Assembly: GCA_964016885.1 (NCBI GenBank)
Contig: OZ024747.1
Coordinates: 60,202,001 to 60,266,000, forward strand
DNA from: Eledone cirrhosa
Lineage: Eukaryota
DNA length: 64,000 nucleotides
Direction: 5' to 3'
Part shown: positions 1-13,127 of the stretch, piece after piece
How positions within the stretch are numbered: position 1 is the stretch's first letter
How the letters are laid out: every line of letters begins with the position of its first letter
Notes under the pieces: model-generated
Seen by the model: only the letters and a program-made list of their open reading frames with translations
Databases searched by the model: none
What the model was told of the DNA's origin: nothing
Made by a program: the position numbers and the translations under genes

Positions 1-455
1 TTGATAGTACTTTTCATAGTATGTGGTGCAGTGCCTAGTAGTGCTATCTTTTGTATGTTGTATATATTTGTAAGTCCTGGGGTTTTGGTTATGTATTTGT
101 CTGTGTGTGTGTTTTTTTATCATTCCCACAGCACTTATTATTATAGGTATTGCTTCTTTTTCATTTTCCACATTTGAGTTATTTATATCTCTATATCTTT
201 ATATTTGGAGAGTTTTTCTATTTCTTTGGAAGATATATTGTCATCTGTGGGGATAGATACATCTGTTAGAAGCTATTTAAAATTTTTTTTTTTTTGTGCT
301 CTTTGGCTATAATATCTGGTTGGTTGGCCTTCCTCTCTCTGTCTGTATGTATTGGAATATCACAGAGATTGGTTGCTTTGTCATTCTCTGACACTTTTTC
401 TAGTGCATGTTTGTGCCATCTATTTTCTGTTGGTATTTCATAATGCTGGCATTTC
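1..455 (-). mobile_element. Degraded C-terminal fragment of an R4/Dong/NeSL-type (restriction-like endonuclease) non-LTR retrotransposon
   Basis: Minus strand reads ...IPIHTDRERKANQPDII...DVSIPTDDNISSKEIEKLSKYKD.., the PD..D/E..K RLE region; homologous to 42080-43260; frameshifted. Confidence 0.7.
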
Positions 456-483
456 TTCTTGTTATTATTATTTGTAATGTAAA

Positions 484-677
484 GGGAGGGGAATTGTCAG
501 TATTGGTAGAGAGTTGGACGCCATGCTTTCTAGCATAGTTACGTCCCTTTACAGTCTGAGTTCAAATCCCGCCGAGGTTAACTTTGCCTTTCATCCTTAC
601 GGGGTCGATAAAATAAAGTACCAGTAATGCACTGGGTAATTGCTGGCCTTGTGCCTAAAGTAGAAACAATTATTATT
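484..677 (+). mobile_element. tRNA-derived SINE, family A (~190 bp, Meta/MESC-like central domain)
   Basis: A-box-like (T)GTCAGTATTGGTAGA, B-box GAGTTCAAATCC, central GAGGTTAACTTTGCCTTTCATCCTTACGGGGTCGATAAAATAAAGTACCAG, (ATT)n tail; more than 10 copies in window. Confidence 0.85.
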
Positions 678-878
678 TGTAATGTTTTTTCATAAAATGA
701 AAAGCTACATAGGGGTAATATGTCCATCAAATATATTTCTTTGATCTCAGCAACTCACATCCTTGGTTGTAATATTTATATATAGTGAAAGAGAAAGAGA
801 CTTATATATGTGTGTATGTGTATGAGTATGTATATGTGTGTGTGTATGCATATATAAATACATATATATATATATATA

Positions 879-1201
879 TCATCATCGTTTAACGTCCATC
901 TTCCACGCTTGCATGGGTTTGGACGGGAGTTTTCCCACTTGAGGCAAGATTTGTTGTCCTGCTCGCATAGGACTGTCTGGCGGGTTTTCTACGGCTGGAT
1001 GCCCTTCCTAACACCAACCACGTTTACAGTGTGGACTGGGAGGTTTTTACCGTGTTACCTACACGGCCACATTACAGCGTGGACTGGATGTTGTGGTACC
1101 AACATATCTTTACATTGAAAGGGGTGGTGCGGATGGGGTGGGGGTTGTGGGACGGGGGTGTATTTTTGTTAGAGGTGCCTACTGACTGTAGTAGGTTTCA
1201 C
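879..1201 (-). mobile_element. RTE LINE 3' UTR only (subfamily B), flanked by (TA)n
   Basis: Near-identical to 62334-62710; (CAT)n tail at 879; GGATGCCCTTCCTAACACCAACC motif shared with the intact element. Confidence 0.85.
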
Positions 1202-1204
1202 TAT

Positions 1205-1308
<104 letters not shown>

Positions 1309-1742
1309 ATTTGTATGCTTGTATGTATGTGTATGTATGTATGTATGTATGTATATATATATAAAGCAGTTTCTGTCTATACATTTTCAGCCATAAGTTT
1401 TAGGTCAACCTTAAGCTATGGTTAAATGACTTCCCTATGATTCCACACAGTGAAACCAGGCCATGAACCTTTGATTAACTCCCTATAGCCACATTGGATT
1501 GGGGGGGGGGGGCGCATTGACTGGGTCAAGAACACCAGAGAGCAGCCCCATTTATTATTGGGTATAGTGTGCCAGTAACCTTACTTTTCTTCAGTTAGAA
1601 TTTAGAAAATATAAAATATATCATGGAATATATAGTAAGAGGGCCACTATGTGTTGTCTGTCACACGAGGTTTTACTTGTCCTCTTACTATATACACCAT
1701 CTACAATATTTAGTCTCTAGGTGTACTGTTCAGATTATCCTT

Positions 1743-1826
1743 ACTCCTGTTGAAAAGACCTAGGATTATGTGACACAGCCAATAATTTTCGGCGAAACAA
1801 ACTCTATCTGTAGTTTGTCCAGGAGT
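1743..1826 (+). ncRNA. Type I hammerhead ribozyme (U3-A8 core variant) in a Penelope-like remnant
   Basis: Stem I ACTCCTG/CAGGAGT; core TTGAAAA; extended stem II; GAA; stem III ACAAACT/AGTTTGT; GTC cleavage triplet ending at 1819. Confidence 0.65.
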
Positions 1827-2080
1827 TTAATGGTTATTGGAATGGTTAGTACATTTTAATTCATTTTTTTCGGTTATTCTGTATTTTCCGTTTGTTCATA
1901 GATTCTATGCATTGCCCCAAAGTGGTTTCCGACTCTTGTAATTCAAAACACACTTCTTTATGTGTTTATTTCTATATATTATATTATAAAGAGCCCAGTT
2001 TTTATACTTTGAGCTCATTAATTACAGAGTTTTAATGTGAGTTTTTAACTCCGTTTTTCATTATATATATATAGTAATAA

Positions 2081-2203
2081 TAATTGTTTCTACTTTTGGC
2101 ACAAGGCCAGCAATTACCCAGTGTATTACTGGTACTTTATTTTCACCTCTACGCATCAAAGCATGGCGTCTGACCCTCTACCGATACAGCCAATCCATCG
2201 CCC
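2081..2203 (-). mobile_element. SINE family A, internally deleted
   Basis: Head and tail of family A joined with the central part missing. Confidence 0.75.
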
Positions 2204-2291
2204 TTATATAGTAATAATAATAAATGTAAAGATCCCGTTAACGGTGAAAGCAGCGATTCTTTGCTTAAACTTTAATCTGTTATTTTAATTA

Positions 2292-2327
<36 letters not shown>

Positions 2328-2559
2328 GCCTTCCAATTTCATTTTACATTATATACATGTCTGTGTATATTTTAATTATTTAAAAATCATTTTTAAGTAA
2401 AGATGACCCTACAGGTCTCGGGTGGTCTAGTTTGAAATAAAATGGTCAATCCTGCCCTCTGTCTCTCTGTTCTCTCTGGTAGAAAACGTAACTAGATCTA
2501 GTCTCGACTTAAGTATTATATACAAAAATTTGTTTATTTTAATTTTTTTAATTAATTTG

Positions 2560-2636
2560 CCGAATGCTTCTACGAGCCACACAAAACTCTTTGGCGGGCC
2601 GCATTTGGCTCGAGGGCCGTAGTTTGTCCACCCCTG
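2560..2636 (-). mobile_element. hAT-type DNA transposon terminus
   Basis: Reverse complement begins CAGGGGTGGACAAACTACGGCCCTCGAGCCAAATGCGGCCCGC, a typical hAT (Charlie/Buster-like) end with GGCCCG subterminal motifs. Confidence 0.6.
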
Positions 2637-2768
2637 CCCTGAGTGTATTTATTAAATCAATATTTCTTCTATATAGAATAATCTCAATAATGTGTGTTCC
2701 ATTTCTGCATTGATAAGGAATATTGTTATAGTTAAATTCAGTAGTAAGTCAAATATTTATTGTAAATA

Positions 2769-2959
2769 ATAATTGTTTCTACTTTAGGCACAAGGCCAGC
2801 AATTATCCAAGTGTATTACTGGTACTTTATTTTATCGACCCCGTAAGGATGAAAGGCAAAGTTAACCTCGGCGGGATTTGAACTCAGACTGTAAAGGGAC
2901 GTAACTATGCTGGAAAGCATGGCGTCCAACCCTCTACCAATACTGCCAATTCACCGCCC
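2769..2959 (-). mobile_element. SINE family A, full length
   Basis: Reverse complement of the 484-677 consensus; TTTATTGTAAATAATAA on both sides (TSD/tail). Confidence 0.85.
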
Positions 2960-2979
2960 ATTTATTGTAAATAATAATA

Positions 2980-3275
2980 GGTCCTATCCTGAACACCTCA
3001 CATCTATAGTCCTCGCAAGTCATAACATGCTTATATTTTTTTATCTTCTGCTTCCCTTCTTGCAAGGTACATTTGTCGCCTAGCTTCTCTCCTAGCCACC
3101 TGGTAGTGTTCTCTACTTCCTCCCTCCCACCATTCTTTCTGTGCCGGCCTTTTGGCCTTAATTGTCTCCTTCACCCTACTCTTCCACCACCAAGTCACTC
3201 TCCTTCTACCTAGAGGCCTGTTCCAGCCACAGATTTCATTTGTTTCCTCCGGTAGGTAACCTTTCAGGAATTCCT
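2980..3275 (-). pseudogene. Old RTE ORF fragment (linker between EN and RT)
   Basis: ICGWNRPLGRRRVTWWW...RREARRQMYLARREAED aligns to the intact ORF. Confidence 0.85.
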
Positions 3276-4541
3276 TGATGTTGATACCAACAATGAGCAT
3301 TTAGCTGTTTGATCAACTGAATGCATGATTTCTGAACTAGGGTCTAAATGATTGAGGATTCCACAGATATTTGAACACATTGTAGTGCAATTCCTGAACT
3401 AGTGGTTGAATATTTCACAGATATGTGAACAGTGTAATCCCCTGAAAGCACAATTTCTGATCTAGCATCTAAGGGGTTGATTATTCCACAGATATGTGAA
3501 CATTGTGTAATCTTCAATCTGAACCAGCATGACAGAATATGTGATAAGGTGGCACCATTGAATTACTGGTAAAATACATCCATCTGAGGCTTCCATGAAG
3601 TCTCTGTCAACCCAATTTGGATCAGCCATAGGCTATGGTATAAATACTTACCTAAGATGCCATGCTGTGAAATTGAACTCTGAACCTCCAGATTGTGAAG
3701 CAAACTTCTTAACCACTGTGTCATGCTGCATCTATTTTGTAAATAATAACCAATTGCTAAATTGATATGGAAATATCTAAACACTTCTTAGATATAAGAT
3801 ATGTATCGTTCTCTCTAGGAATGACATTAAATACCATCCAACCCTAGAGCCTCATACGAACAGAAAGATGGAAGATAAAACATGGTTGTTTATCTTATAT
3901 CATCAGAATATATAATTAGTTTTGTATTTATGTTCATGATGTCCATGGTAAGAGAAGAAATGTTTATAGTTGGTCTGTTCCGTGTTGAGGGCAGTGACTT
4001 ATTGCCTCTTCTTTGATTAATCAGTGATATTTGAGATATTGAGATATTGGTTAGATTGTTCCAAAGCGAGGGATGTGGGATAGGAAGGAATCGCAGAGTG
4101 GTGCAAAGGAGGGGAAGGAGGAAATTCTAACAATGTGTGCATGTATGTCTGTGTGGGTTAAGAACAAGCTAATACAAAGGTGGAAACAAATGCTCACATG
4201 CTTAGGTTAGCTGGTACTGACATAAAAACAAGTTAAGTGACAACAGCAAACACATATACACACAGAGGTGAACACCCACACATATATTCACACAGTTGCA
4301 CACATATATATATACACAGAGGTGAACACCCACACATACATTCACACAGGTAGACATGAAAACACATATATACACTGGTGAACATGCACACACACACTAT
4401 AAAAACAGAACACCCACCCCCACATATATACATAGTTACTGACTGAACTCTGTGAGATCTAACTAACAACCAGTACCTTTGAAAAAAGCTCAAGAAAATA
4501 TTTGGAAATGGCAGGTCTCACCATCAAGATTCTACCTCTTA

Positions 4542-4588
<47 letters not shown>

Positions 4589-4929
4589 GGGGGGGGGGTG
4601 TGCTTATGTTAGATTAGCCAAGAAATGAATTCTATTTTTTACCACTTAGTCATGGAAAGAAAAGCAGTTCCCATGACCTATATTTTCTCAATCAAGTCCT
4701 TGTAGAGCATTATATGTGAGTTTGTAGAGTACAAACTGTTGACTGTGTTCATTTACTGCAGACCTGGTATTGAACTAGACAGCAGTAAATATTCCCAGCT
4801 TGCAGGACAATATGGCCGAAATTCAAAGGTAGACTTTTCTTTCCTACTTTTTTCAATTAACAAGCGGAAGTTATCCTCAGGCAATATATCTGACCTGAAC
4901 ACTTGAAACAGAATGAATTTCAATATACT

Positions 4930-5293
4930 GCCACTCCACCCCCACCCTACTACCACTCCACCCTCACCCTCGCCCCATCACCACTCCACCCTCACCCTCG
5001 CCCCATCACCACTCCACCCTCGCCCCGCCCCTCCCCCTCACCATTCCACCACTCCACCCTCACCCTACCACTACTCCACCCTCACCCTACCCCCACCCAC
5101 CCTCGCCCTTCCACCACTCCGCCTTCACCCTACCCTCACTCCACCCTAACCCTACCCCCACTCCACTCCACGCCACCCCCACCCTATCTCCACACTCCAC
5201 CCCACCATACCCCACCCCGCCCTCACCCTACCCCCACCTCACCCTCACCCTACCCCCACTCCACCCTTCCACCACTCCACCACTCAACCCCTT
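4930..5293. repeat. C-rich degenerate simple repeat (CCACCCTCACCCT-like)
   Basis: Dense CCC runs; G-rich on the minus strand. Confidence 0.8.
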
Positions 5294-5602
5294 AAGGACC
5301 AGGTAGTGGTATTAAACTGGTCGATGGATTTAGTGTGTCAACCATGACCTGAGAAATCAAAGGGACAACAAATACTGTTGCTCTAACAATTCTATAAATC
5401 TAAAATCTTGGATTGGTTCTTTATTTTATTAAACCGTCAAAGAGATGAGAGATACAGTTGACTGCCTGAAGCAACTGTCTCTGACGGATCCCGATGGATC
5501 CCAAGGGAGACCAGACAAACTCATGGATGTTATCCAACCATCCTGCTCAGGGTCTTGCCAGTTGATTTCACATGTAAAAATCTATCTGGTGATTCTTTAA
5601 TT

Positions 5603-6328
5603 GACCCTTTAGAATCTAAATTGGCCATATCTAGCCCAAATTCTCTCACCTCCTTCTGTTCAAATCAGCTGCAACTGGCCACTCATACTGATGTTAAGGT
5701 ATTGTTCTCAAAATAAATGATTTCTACTATAGGCACAAGGTCAGCAATTTGGGGAGAGGGGAAAGTGGATTACTGGGGCTTTATTTTATCAACCCCCTGT
5801 AAGGATGAAAGGCAAAGCTAACCTCAGCGGGATTTGAACTCAGAACGTAAAGGGCCACGACTCTATGCTGCAAAGCATGGTATCCGACACCCTACTGATA
5901 CTGCTAATCTACCACCCTTCTTAAAATGAATATTAAAATCTTGTGCATTTGATATTATGTGAGATAAAGCCTTTACCTCAACTGGCCACTCATACTGATG
6001 TTAAGGTATTGTTCTCAAAATAAATGATTTCTACTATAGGCACAAGGCCAGCAATTTGGGGAGAGGGGAAAGTGGATTACTGGGGCTTTATTTTATCAAC
6101 CCCCCGTAAGGATGAAAGGCAAAGCTAACCTCAGCAGGATTTGAACTCAGAACGTAAAGGGCCACGACTCTATGCTGCAAAGCATGGTATCCGACACCCT
6201 ACTGATACTGCTAATCTACCACCCTTCTTAAAATGAATATTAAAATCTTGTGCATTTGATATTATGTGAGATAAAGCCTTTACCTCAAAAATAGTAAATA
6301 TAGAGTAATGTAAATACTAAAGAGTTAA
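5603..6328 (+). mobile_element. piggyBac-type MITE carrying a SINE A insertion, with a 307-bp internal tandem duplication
   Basis: Ends ..GACCCTTTAGAATCTA and TACTAAAGAGTTAA match the MITEs at 34316 and 51440; 5672-5978 is repeated at 5979-6288 and includes a minus-strand SINE. Confidence 0.7.
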
Positions 6329-6737
6329 TGGGATTTGAACTCAGTGTACTGAGATTCAGAGTCGAACACTGCATAGCATTTTGTCCAACGTGCTAATGAG
6401 CCTGCCAATTTACCCCCCACCCCCCCACATGCATACACTACCTCACACACACACACACACACACTCACTCACTCACTCACTCACTCACTCACTCACTCAC
6501 TCACACACATATATATAAATATCATTTATGTTGGGTGGCTTAACTAATGGGTAGATCTGGTCATTCTGGTTATCAAGCCATGATATAATAAACTAAAGCA
6601 CTCAACAGTATGCAAATCATCCATTGTTGATCATGGTTACTGCGGGAACAGAGTTAAATATTTAAAAGACAACATAAAGCCAGATTCCAAATATCTTTGT
6701 AACCAAGCCATAGAAATACATATTGTGATTTTGTAAA

Positions 6738-6769
<32 letters not shown>

Positions 6770-6808
6770 ATATATATGTATATATATATATGTATATATA
6801 TATGTATA

Positions 6809-6855
<47 letters not shown>

Positions 6856-6875
6856 TCATCATATATATATGTATA

Positions 6876-6944
<69 letters not shown>

Positions 6945-9309
6945 TTAATTACATAATAAACAACACAATATAATCATTTCATTGGTAATGAAATAATTAT
7001 ATTGTGTAATATATTATGTAATTAAATAGCTCTGTACTATACACAGAGCACTCGTCTTTCCTTTTTTTTTCTACGGAAATTATTAACACAAACACACTCA
7101 CAGACTCACACACACACACATATATATATACACACACACAGATGTATGTACATACATATATGTATACATAGATATAAACACATAGTCATAATGTAGTGTG
7201 ACATCAGCAAACAAATAATGTAGGAGTGAGAGAAGAAAGACTAAGGCAGAGTTTTAAAAGATATTCAGATAAAGAAGAAATAAGGTTGCTATGGCTCTGC
7301 TGACATCTCTGGTAATTTCCTGTGTTATAAAATATTTGTAGCCAAATTGATAGACTTCTTGCTTGATTGAATCTCTTTGTTCATTGGCCATGACAGATGC
7401 ACTTTCTGATAGATAACCTAATAGTCTCAATTTAGCTGTGAGCTGAACACAAAGTTCTCCTGCAACTTACCAGTCTCAATTTCGGACACGCATTTAGCAT
7501 TTCTAATTAATAACCAGTAAGCACCAGTGGAGAATAGAATTGTTTTGTACTTATTGAAGCAATGTGTATGCCAAAGGTAATTTATTAGAGGAAAAACTCT
7601 CTTTATAGAATTGCCATCAAAGAAAGCTAGCCATTAATTGAATAAGTATGGAAAAAGGAATTACATTTCTTCATTGACCGATATCTATTTATCTCTGAAC
7701 TGACATAGATTTTTGTTAACTACTTAGAGAAGAGCTACGGTAATAGTATTGTAAGTGGTTTTCTCACATTAATCATTGTCATCCCACCAACACAAAAACT
7801 CCTCTCAACAATGGCATGGCATAAAATAGCAGCAGATCTTCAAAAGAATCAGATTTACTGTATAAATAATCAGCCATAAAATTCCAAAAAGTTGTGTGTA
7901 GCAGCATGTATTTTACTAGAATCTCTCTGTCTAATCATCAATTGCTGCTAATGAAGCTACCAAAGAGAATTGTACTTCTTAAGAGAGAAAAATATATAAC
8001 TAAGAACAACTAAAAACACTAAACAATTAATAAAAAATCCTTCATCATACTGTTACTATGTGATGATGCCATTGCCACTAATTTTTACACAGTAGGTTTA
8101 TTCTGTATAACGGAGTAGAGAAGCTGTCATATCTCTTTATCTATTTCCTTGTGTTCTTTATTTCATTAAGCATTATCTCCTCTCTTTAATAGGAATTTAA
8201 TTTCCACGAACTTACCTTGTCTTTAATTCTAAATTTATTAAAGACAAGCCAATATTTGCTCAGGCTAACGTGATGATGGCTAGTTGCTATATGATTTTAG
8301 TTGCCATTATGTCTAATTTACATTAGCATTCCTAATTTACTTCATTAATTTCAGAAATCAAAGCTTTTCTCTCTCCCTCCTTTCTCTTTTTCTCTTTCTC
8401 ACATTCTCTCTGCCCCCCCCCCTTCTCACACACACGTACAATCTCCCTGCTTCTGTCTCTCTCTCTTGCTCTCTCTCCGTTCTCTCTCTCTCTCACATAC
8501 ACTCTCCCTGCCACTGCCTCTCTCTTGCTCTCTTTCTCACACTCCCTATCTCTGTCTGTCTCTCTCTCTCTCTCCCCTTTTTTCTCTCTTACACACACTC
8601 CCTGCCCCTGTCTCTCACCCTGTTGAAAACTAATTTCGATAAAATGACAATATTACTGAATAATTTCGAATTAATAACTTTATCTTTGAAGTGGCAGGCT
8701 TTTATCATGGCAATCCTTTTGGATTTAACAAAGAAAAGGATTAACTGATGTCATTATTAATAAATAAAGTTCGTTTTGATGATTACAAATAACCACATTC
8801 TATTAGCTGGAAGCTACAAGAATATATTTTAATTTCTCATATGAAGATTTTTACTTTGTATTATTTAAATATAATACCATTTTCAAGTTTGCCACTTATT
8901 AAAAAATGTATTAGAATATCATCGTAGAACTGTATGAAGAGACCGAGATATAGAATTATAAATTACTTGGAGAAGTTTTACAATTGTCTTCTTAGCCAAA
9001 CTGCAGTAGTTTATAAAAAAAAAAATGGAATGAAATATGATATTATAGTTAAATAAGTCTATATATTTTTCTCTATTATCTCTACATGTCTTGCATGGAA
9101 GGATGGGTTTGAGGGTTTGTGGGTGTGTTGCAGGGGGAATTTATCCAGAATCATTGCAATTTAAATATTGGTTGTAGGCAAGTTAACAAAAAAATATATC
9201 TAAGCGTTGATATATATATATATATATATATATAGGCATATATACAAAAGTAGACATATATAGGCATATACATATATACAAAAGTAGACATATATAGGCA
9301 TATACATAT

Positions 9310-12284
9310 ATACACACTACTGCTCTAACAGACGACAAGGACTTCCTAATCATTGCAGGAGATTTTAACGGACACGTAGGTAAACACTGCGACGGCTTCA
9401 ATAGAGTACATGGAGGCCATGGAGTTGGCACAAGGAATGAGGAAGGATTCAGACTTCTAGAATTCTGCGACGCCAATGACATGTCGATATGTAACACAAA
9501 CTTTAAAAAACCCGACAACCACCTGATCACCTATAGATCAGGGGAGCACTCTAGTCAGTTAGATTTTATTCTCATCAGAGGACGTGACAGATGGACGGTC
9601 GTAAACACAAAAGCCTTCCCTAGTGAGGAATGTACATCCCAACATAGCTTAGTTGTCAGCGACCTCACGGTCAGAACTAGACGAGCCCTGAAACAGAGGC
9701 CAACCTGGAGAAGAAAGATCTGGAAGCTGAAAGTCCCCTCAACCAGTAACAGATTTAAAGATATTTTACTCAACGCCTACGACAGTAAAGAAGAACAGAT
9801 AGAGACATTTAACGTAGAAGAGAACTGGGAGTTCCTAAAAAATAACTTACTAGAGGCGACGGATGAGGTTTGTGGCTGGAGTAAGACCTCAAGCAGGAGG
9901 AGAGTGACTTGGTGGTGGAACAATAAAGTAGATGAAGCAGTCAAGGCCAAGAGACAGGCATGGAAAGAATGGAAGAACGGGGGGAGCAGGGTACATTACA
10001 TAGAGACCAAGAGGGAAGCTAGGCGACAAGTATACTTAGCTAGGAGGGAAGCAGAGGATAGAAAATTCAAGCATGTTTTACAACGTGAGGACCAGAAACA
10101 GGAGGTATTCAAGATTGCGAGGCAGTGTGTCAGAGATAGTTGTGATGTCATTGGAGAGAAGTGTATCCGGAATGATAAAGGTGAGCTTGCCCTCACAAGT
10201 GCTGAGAAGAAAGATGCATGGAAGAGTCATTATGATAGATTACTAAATGAGGAGAATGCATGGGAAGAAGAGACCCTACCCCACGTAGACCCTATAGAGG
10301 GACCAGCAGTACAAGTCAGCGGCAGCGTAGTAAGTAAGGCAATCAGAGATATGAAGATAGGGAAGGCAACCGGTCCATCGGGTATAGCTGCCGAGATGCT
10401 GAAGGCATCTGGGTCTGTAGGTCACACTATAACCACACGTATCGTTAACCAGGTAATACTAGAGGGGGCCATACCAAAAGATTGGTGCAGTAGCATCATT
10501 GTCAACTGCTACAAAGGTAAAGGCGATGCACTAGATAGAGGAAACTATAGAGGTATAAAGTTGATGGACCAGGTCATGAAAGTAACAGAAAGAGTTATAG
10601 CACAGCTGATTAGGGACCGGGTGAATATAGACGAGATGCAATTTGGGTTTGTTCCAGGGAAAGGCACCACTGATGCGCTCTTCCTTGTGAGGCAATTACA
10701 GGAAAAGTACCTAGCTAAAAGTAAGCCACTCTACTTGGCATTTGTCGACCTTGAGAAAGCCTTTGACAGAGTTCCACGTGCAGTAATCTGGTGGGCTCTT
10801 AGAAAACTAGGAGTAGATGAATGGCTTGTGAAAGCGGTACAAGCCATGTATAGGGGAGCAGTCAGCAAAGTTAGGATTGGCAATGAGTATAGCGAGGAAT
10901 TTAGCGTACAGGTTGGGGTCCACCAGGGCTCTGTTCTTAGCCCTCTCCTGTTCATCATAGTCCTGCAGGCAATAACGGAGGAGTTTAAGACCGGATGCCC
11001 ATGGGAACTCCTGTATGCTGATGACCTCGCACTCATAGCTGAATCTATGGTAGAACTAGAGAATAAATTCCAAACCTGGAAGCAGGGACTAGAGAGAAAG
11101 GGCCTCAAAGTCAACATGACAAAGACTAAGGTCCTTATAAGTAGACGAGAAAACAGAACCCAGATCCCCTCAGGGAAATGGCCTTGCTCAGTATGTAGGA
11201 AAGGTGTAGGTAGGAACTCCATTCTTTGCCCCAAATGCAAACAATGGGTACACAAGAGATGTAGCGGGATCTCAGGAAGCTTAATTAAGAATGTAGGATT
11301 CACATGCAGCAGCTGTGCTGAAACAGCAAGCAAACAGCCACAGGAAACAAGTACCACCAATCTCTGGGAGGGCCCTGTAGAAACAGTAGACAGCTTCTGC
11401 TACCTAGGTGACCGAATTAGCAACGGAGGTGGGTGCTCAGAAAGTACAATAACTAGGGTAAGAACGGGATGGAAGAAGTTTAGGGAACTACTACCACTGC
11501 TAGCTGCAAAAGGCTTCTCCCTCAGAATGAAAGGCAGACTGTATGATGCGTGTATCCGAACAGCGATGTTGCATGGTAGTGAGACCTGGGCGCTGAAGGT
11601 GGAAGACTTACGTAGATTAGAGAGAAACGAAGCCTGCATGCTCCGATGGATGTGTAACAGTAATATACGTGAACGACAAAGCATAAATGAATTGAGAGAG
11701 AGACTGAGCATAAGAGGAATCAAATGCTGCGTGCAGGAGAGGCGGTTACGCTGGTATGGACATGTGATGCGTATGAAGGATGACAGCTGCATAAAAAGGT
11801 GCAGAGCACTAGAAGTTGATGGAAACCGCGGAGTGGGGAGACCCAAGATGACTTGGGATGAGGTGATAAAAGCCGACCTTACCCAACTACACCTCTCAAA
11901 GTCAATGACACACGACCGTGACTTCTGGCGTCACGCAGTAATACAGGGTACCCGACCTCCCATGGGTACATGCTGAAGCATATAAACAATATGCCCCCCC
12001 CCCCCCCACCGCAAGGTGGTCGTGGAGGTGCCACGGCAAAAAAGCACCCAGCCCACACTGTAAAGTGGACGTGTAGGCGCCACGAAAAAGCACCCAGCAC
12101 TCACTGTAAATGAGGTTGGTGTTAGGAAGGGCATCCAGCTGTAGAAATCAAGCCAGATCAGTTCCTGTATGAGCAAGGCATGGTCAGCCGACCAGACACT
12201 GCCCACAACAGGACAACCCGTCTAACCCATGCTAGCGTGGAAGAACGGACGTAAAACGGTGATGATGATGATGATGATGATGAT
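9310..12284 (+). mobile_element. 5'-truncated young RTE LINE copy (subfamily A)
   Basis: Inverted, near-identical copy of 17646-20616; (TGA)n tail at 12260-12284; AT-microsatellite flanks. Confidence 0.97.
9481..11976 (+). CDS. Truncated RTE polyprotein (partial APE endonuclease, RT with PHD insertion)
   Basis: 831 aa identical to the C-terminal part of the 1039-aa ORF; LYADD, QGSVLSP; N-terminal half of the endonuclease missing. Confidence 0.9.
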   Translation: MSICNTNFKKPDNHLITYRSGEHSSQLDFILIRGRDRWTVVNTKAFPSEECTSQHSLVVSDLTVRTRRALKQRPTWRRKIWKLKVPSTSNRFKDILLNAYDSKEEQIETFNVEENWEFLKNNLLEATDEVCGWSKTSSRRRVTWWWNNKVDEAVKAKRQAWKEWKNGGSRVHYIETKREARRQVYLARREAEDRKFKHVLQREDQKQEVFKIARQCVRDSCDVIGEKCIRNDKGELALTSAEKKDAWKSHYDRLLNEENAWEEETLPHVDPIEGPAVQVSGSVVSKAIRDMKIGKATGPSGIAAEMLKASGSVGHTITTRIVNQVILEGAIPKDWCSSIIVNCYKGKGDALDRGNYRGIKLMDQVMKVTERVIAQLIRDRVNIDEMQFGFVPGKGTTDALFLVRQLQEKYLAKSKPLYLAFVDLEKAFDRVPRAVIWWALRKLGVDEWLVKAVQAMYRGAVSKVRIGNEYSEEFSVQVGVHQGSVLSPLLFIIVLQAITEEFKTGCPWELLYADDLALIAESMVELENKFQTWKQGLERKGLKVNMTKTKVLISRRENRTQIPSGKWPCSVCRKGVGRNSILCPKCKQWVHKRCSGISGSLIKNVGFTCSSCAETASKQPQETSTTNLWEGPVETVDSFCYLGDRISNGGGCSESTITRVRTGWKKFRELLPLLAAKGFSLRMKGRLYDACIRTAMLHGSETWALKVEDLRRLERNEACMLRWMCNSNIRERQSINELRERLSIRGIKCCVQERRLRWYGHVMRMKDDSCIKRCRALEVDGNRGVGRPKMTWDEVIKADLTQLHLSKSMTHDRDFWRHAVIQGTRPPMGTC

Positions 12285-12295
12285 ATATATATAAA

Positions 12296-12440
<145 letters not shown>

Positions 12441-12441
12441 A

Positions 12442-12484
<43 letters not shown>

Positions 12485-12554
12485 CATACATATTTAGATA
12501 TATAGGCATATATATATATATACATATACAATATATCTGTATATATATATATAA

Positions 12555-12590
<36 letters not shown>

Positions 12591-13127
12591 ATACATACAT
12601 ATTTAGATATATAGGCATATATATATATATATATACATATACAATATATCTATATACATATATATATATACATACATATTTACATATATAGGCATATATA
12701 TACATATGTATATACAATATATCTATATACATATATATACAATATATATACATAATGAGATAGTTGAAATACAATGAAGTAATCTATTTATGTGTTTTAT
12801 AATGTAATAATCTAAAATCAATAATGATTGCACCATCTGTATGGTGCCTCAAATTTAAAGAGGAGAAGACATGAGAAGGCATAACATATTATATTGAAAG
12901 TATGTAATATAAAGAAATTGCATCTTTGAATCAATAGAATTATCAATGTAGTGGAGGTGGGGGTCTGGCCCTTAATTTCGTCATAAACCATGGTTTAGAA
13001 AGCTCAATCTACATCTTGTCACCTACTTCAAGTGTAACAGTTATAAACCTCTGAGTTTATATATTTTGTTATATACTTTATCCAACAAAAAAGCCTCTAT
13101 GTGGTTACTCATGACAATAGAAATAGC

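Noticed and set aside
484-580. tRNA genes at A/B-box sequences
   Set aside because: They are SINE heads: no cloverleaf, and each is followed by a SINE body and tail
4765-4895. Possible minus-strand host exon (SDILPEDNFRLLIEKSRKEKSTFEFRPY...)
   Set aside because: AG/GT boundaries are possible but weak, with no recognisable protein and no partner exons; similar unsupported candidates near 7255-7420, 25555-25635 and 34553-34795
6740-6945. Tyr/Ile-rich ORFs here and at 12158-12774 and 55315-57306
   Set aside because: Translations of (TA)n microsatellites
10731-11846. Antisense ORFs of 209 and 148 aa (mirrored at 18080-19195)
   Set aside because: Shadow frames of the RTE coding sequence
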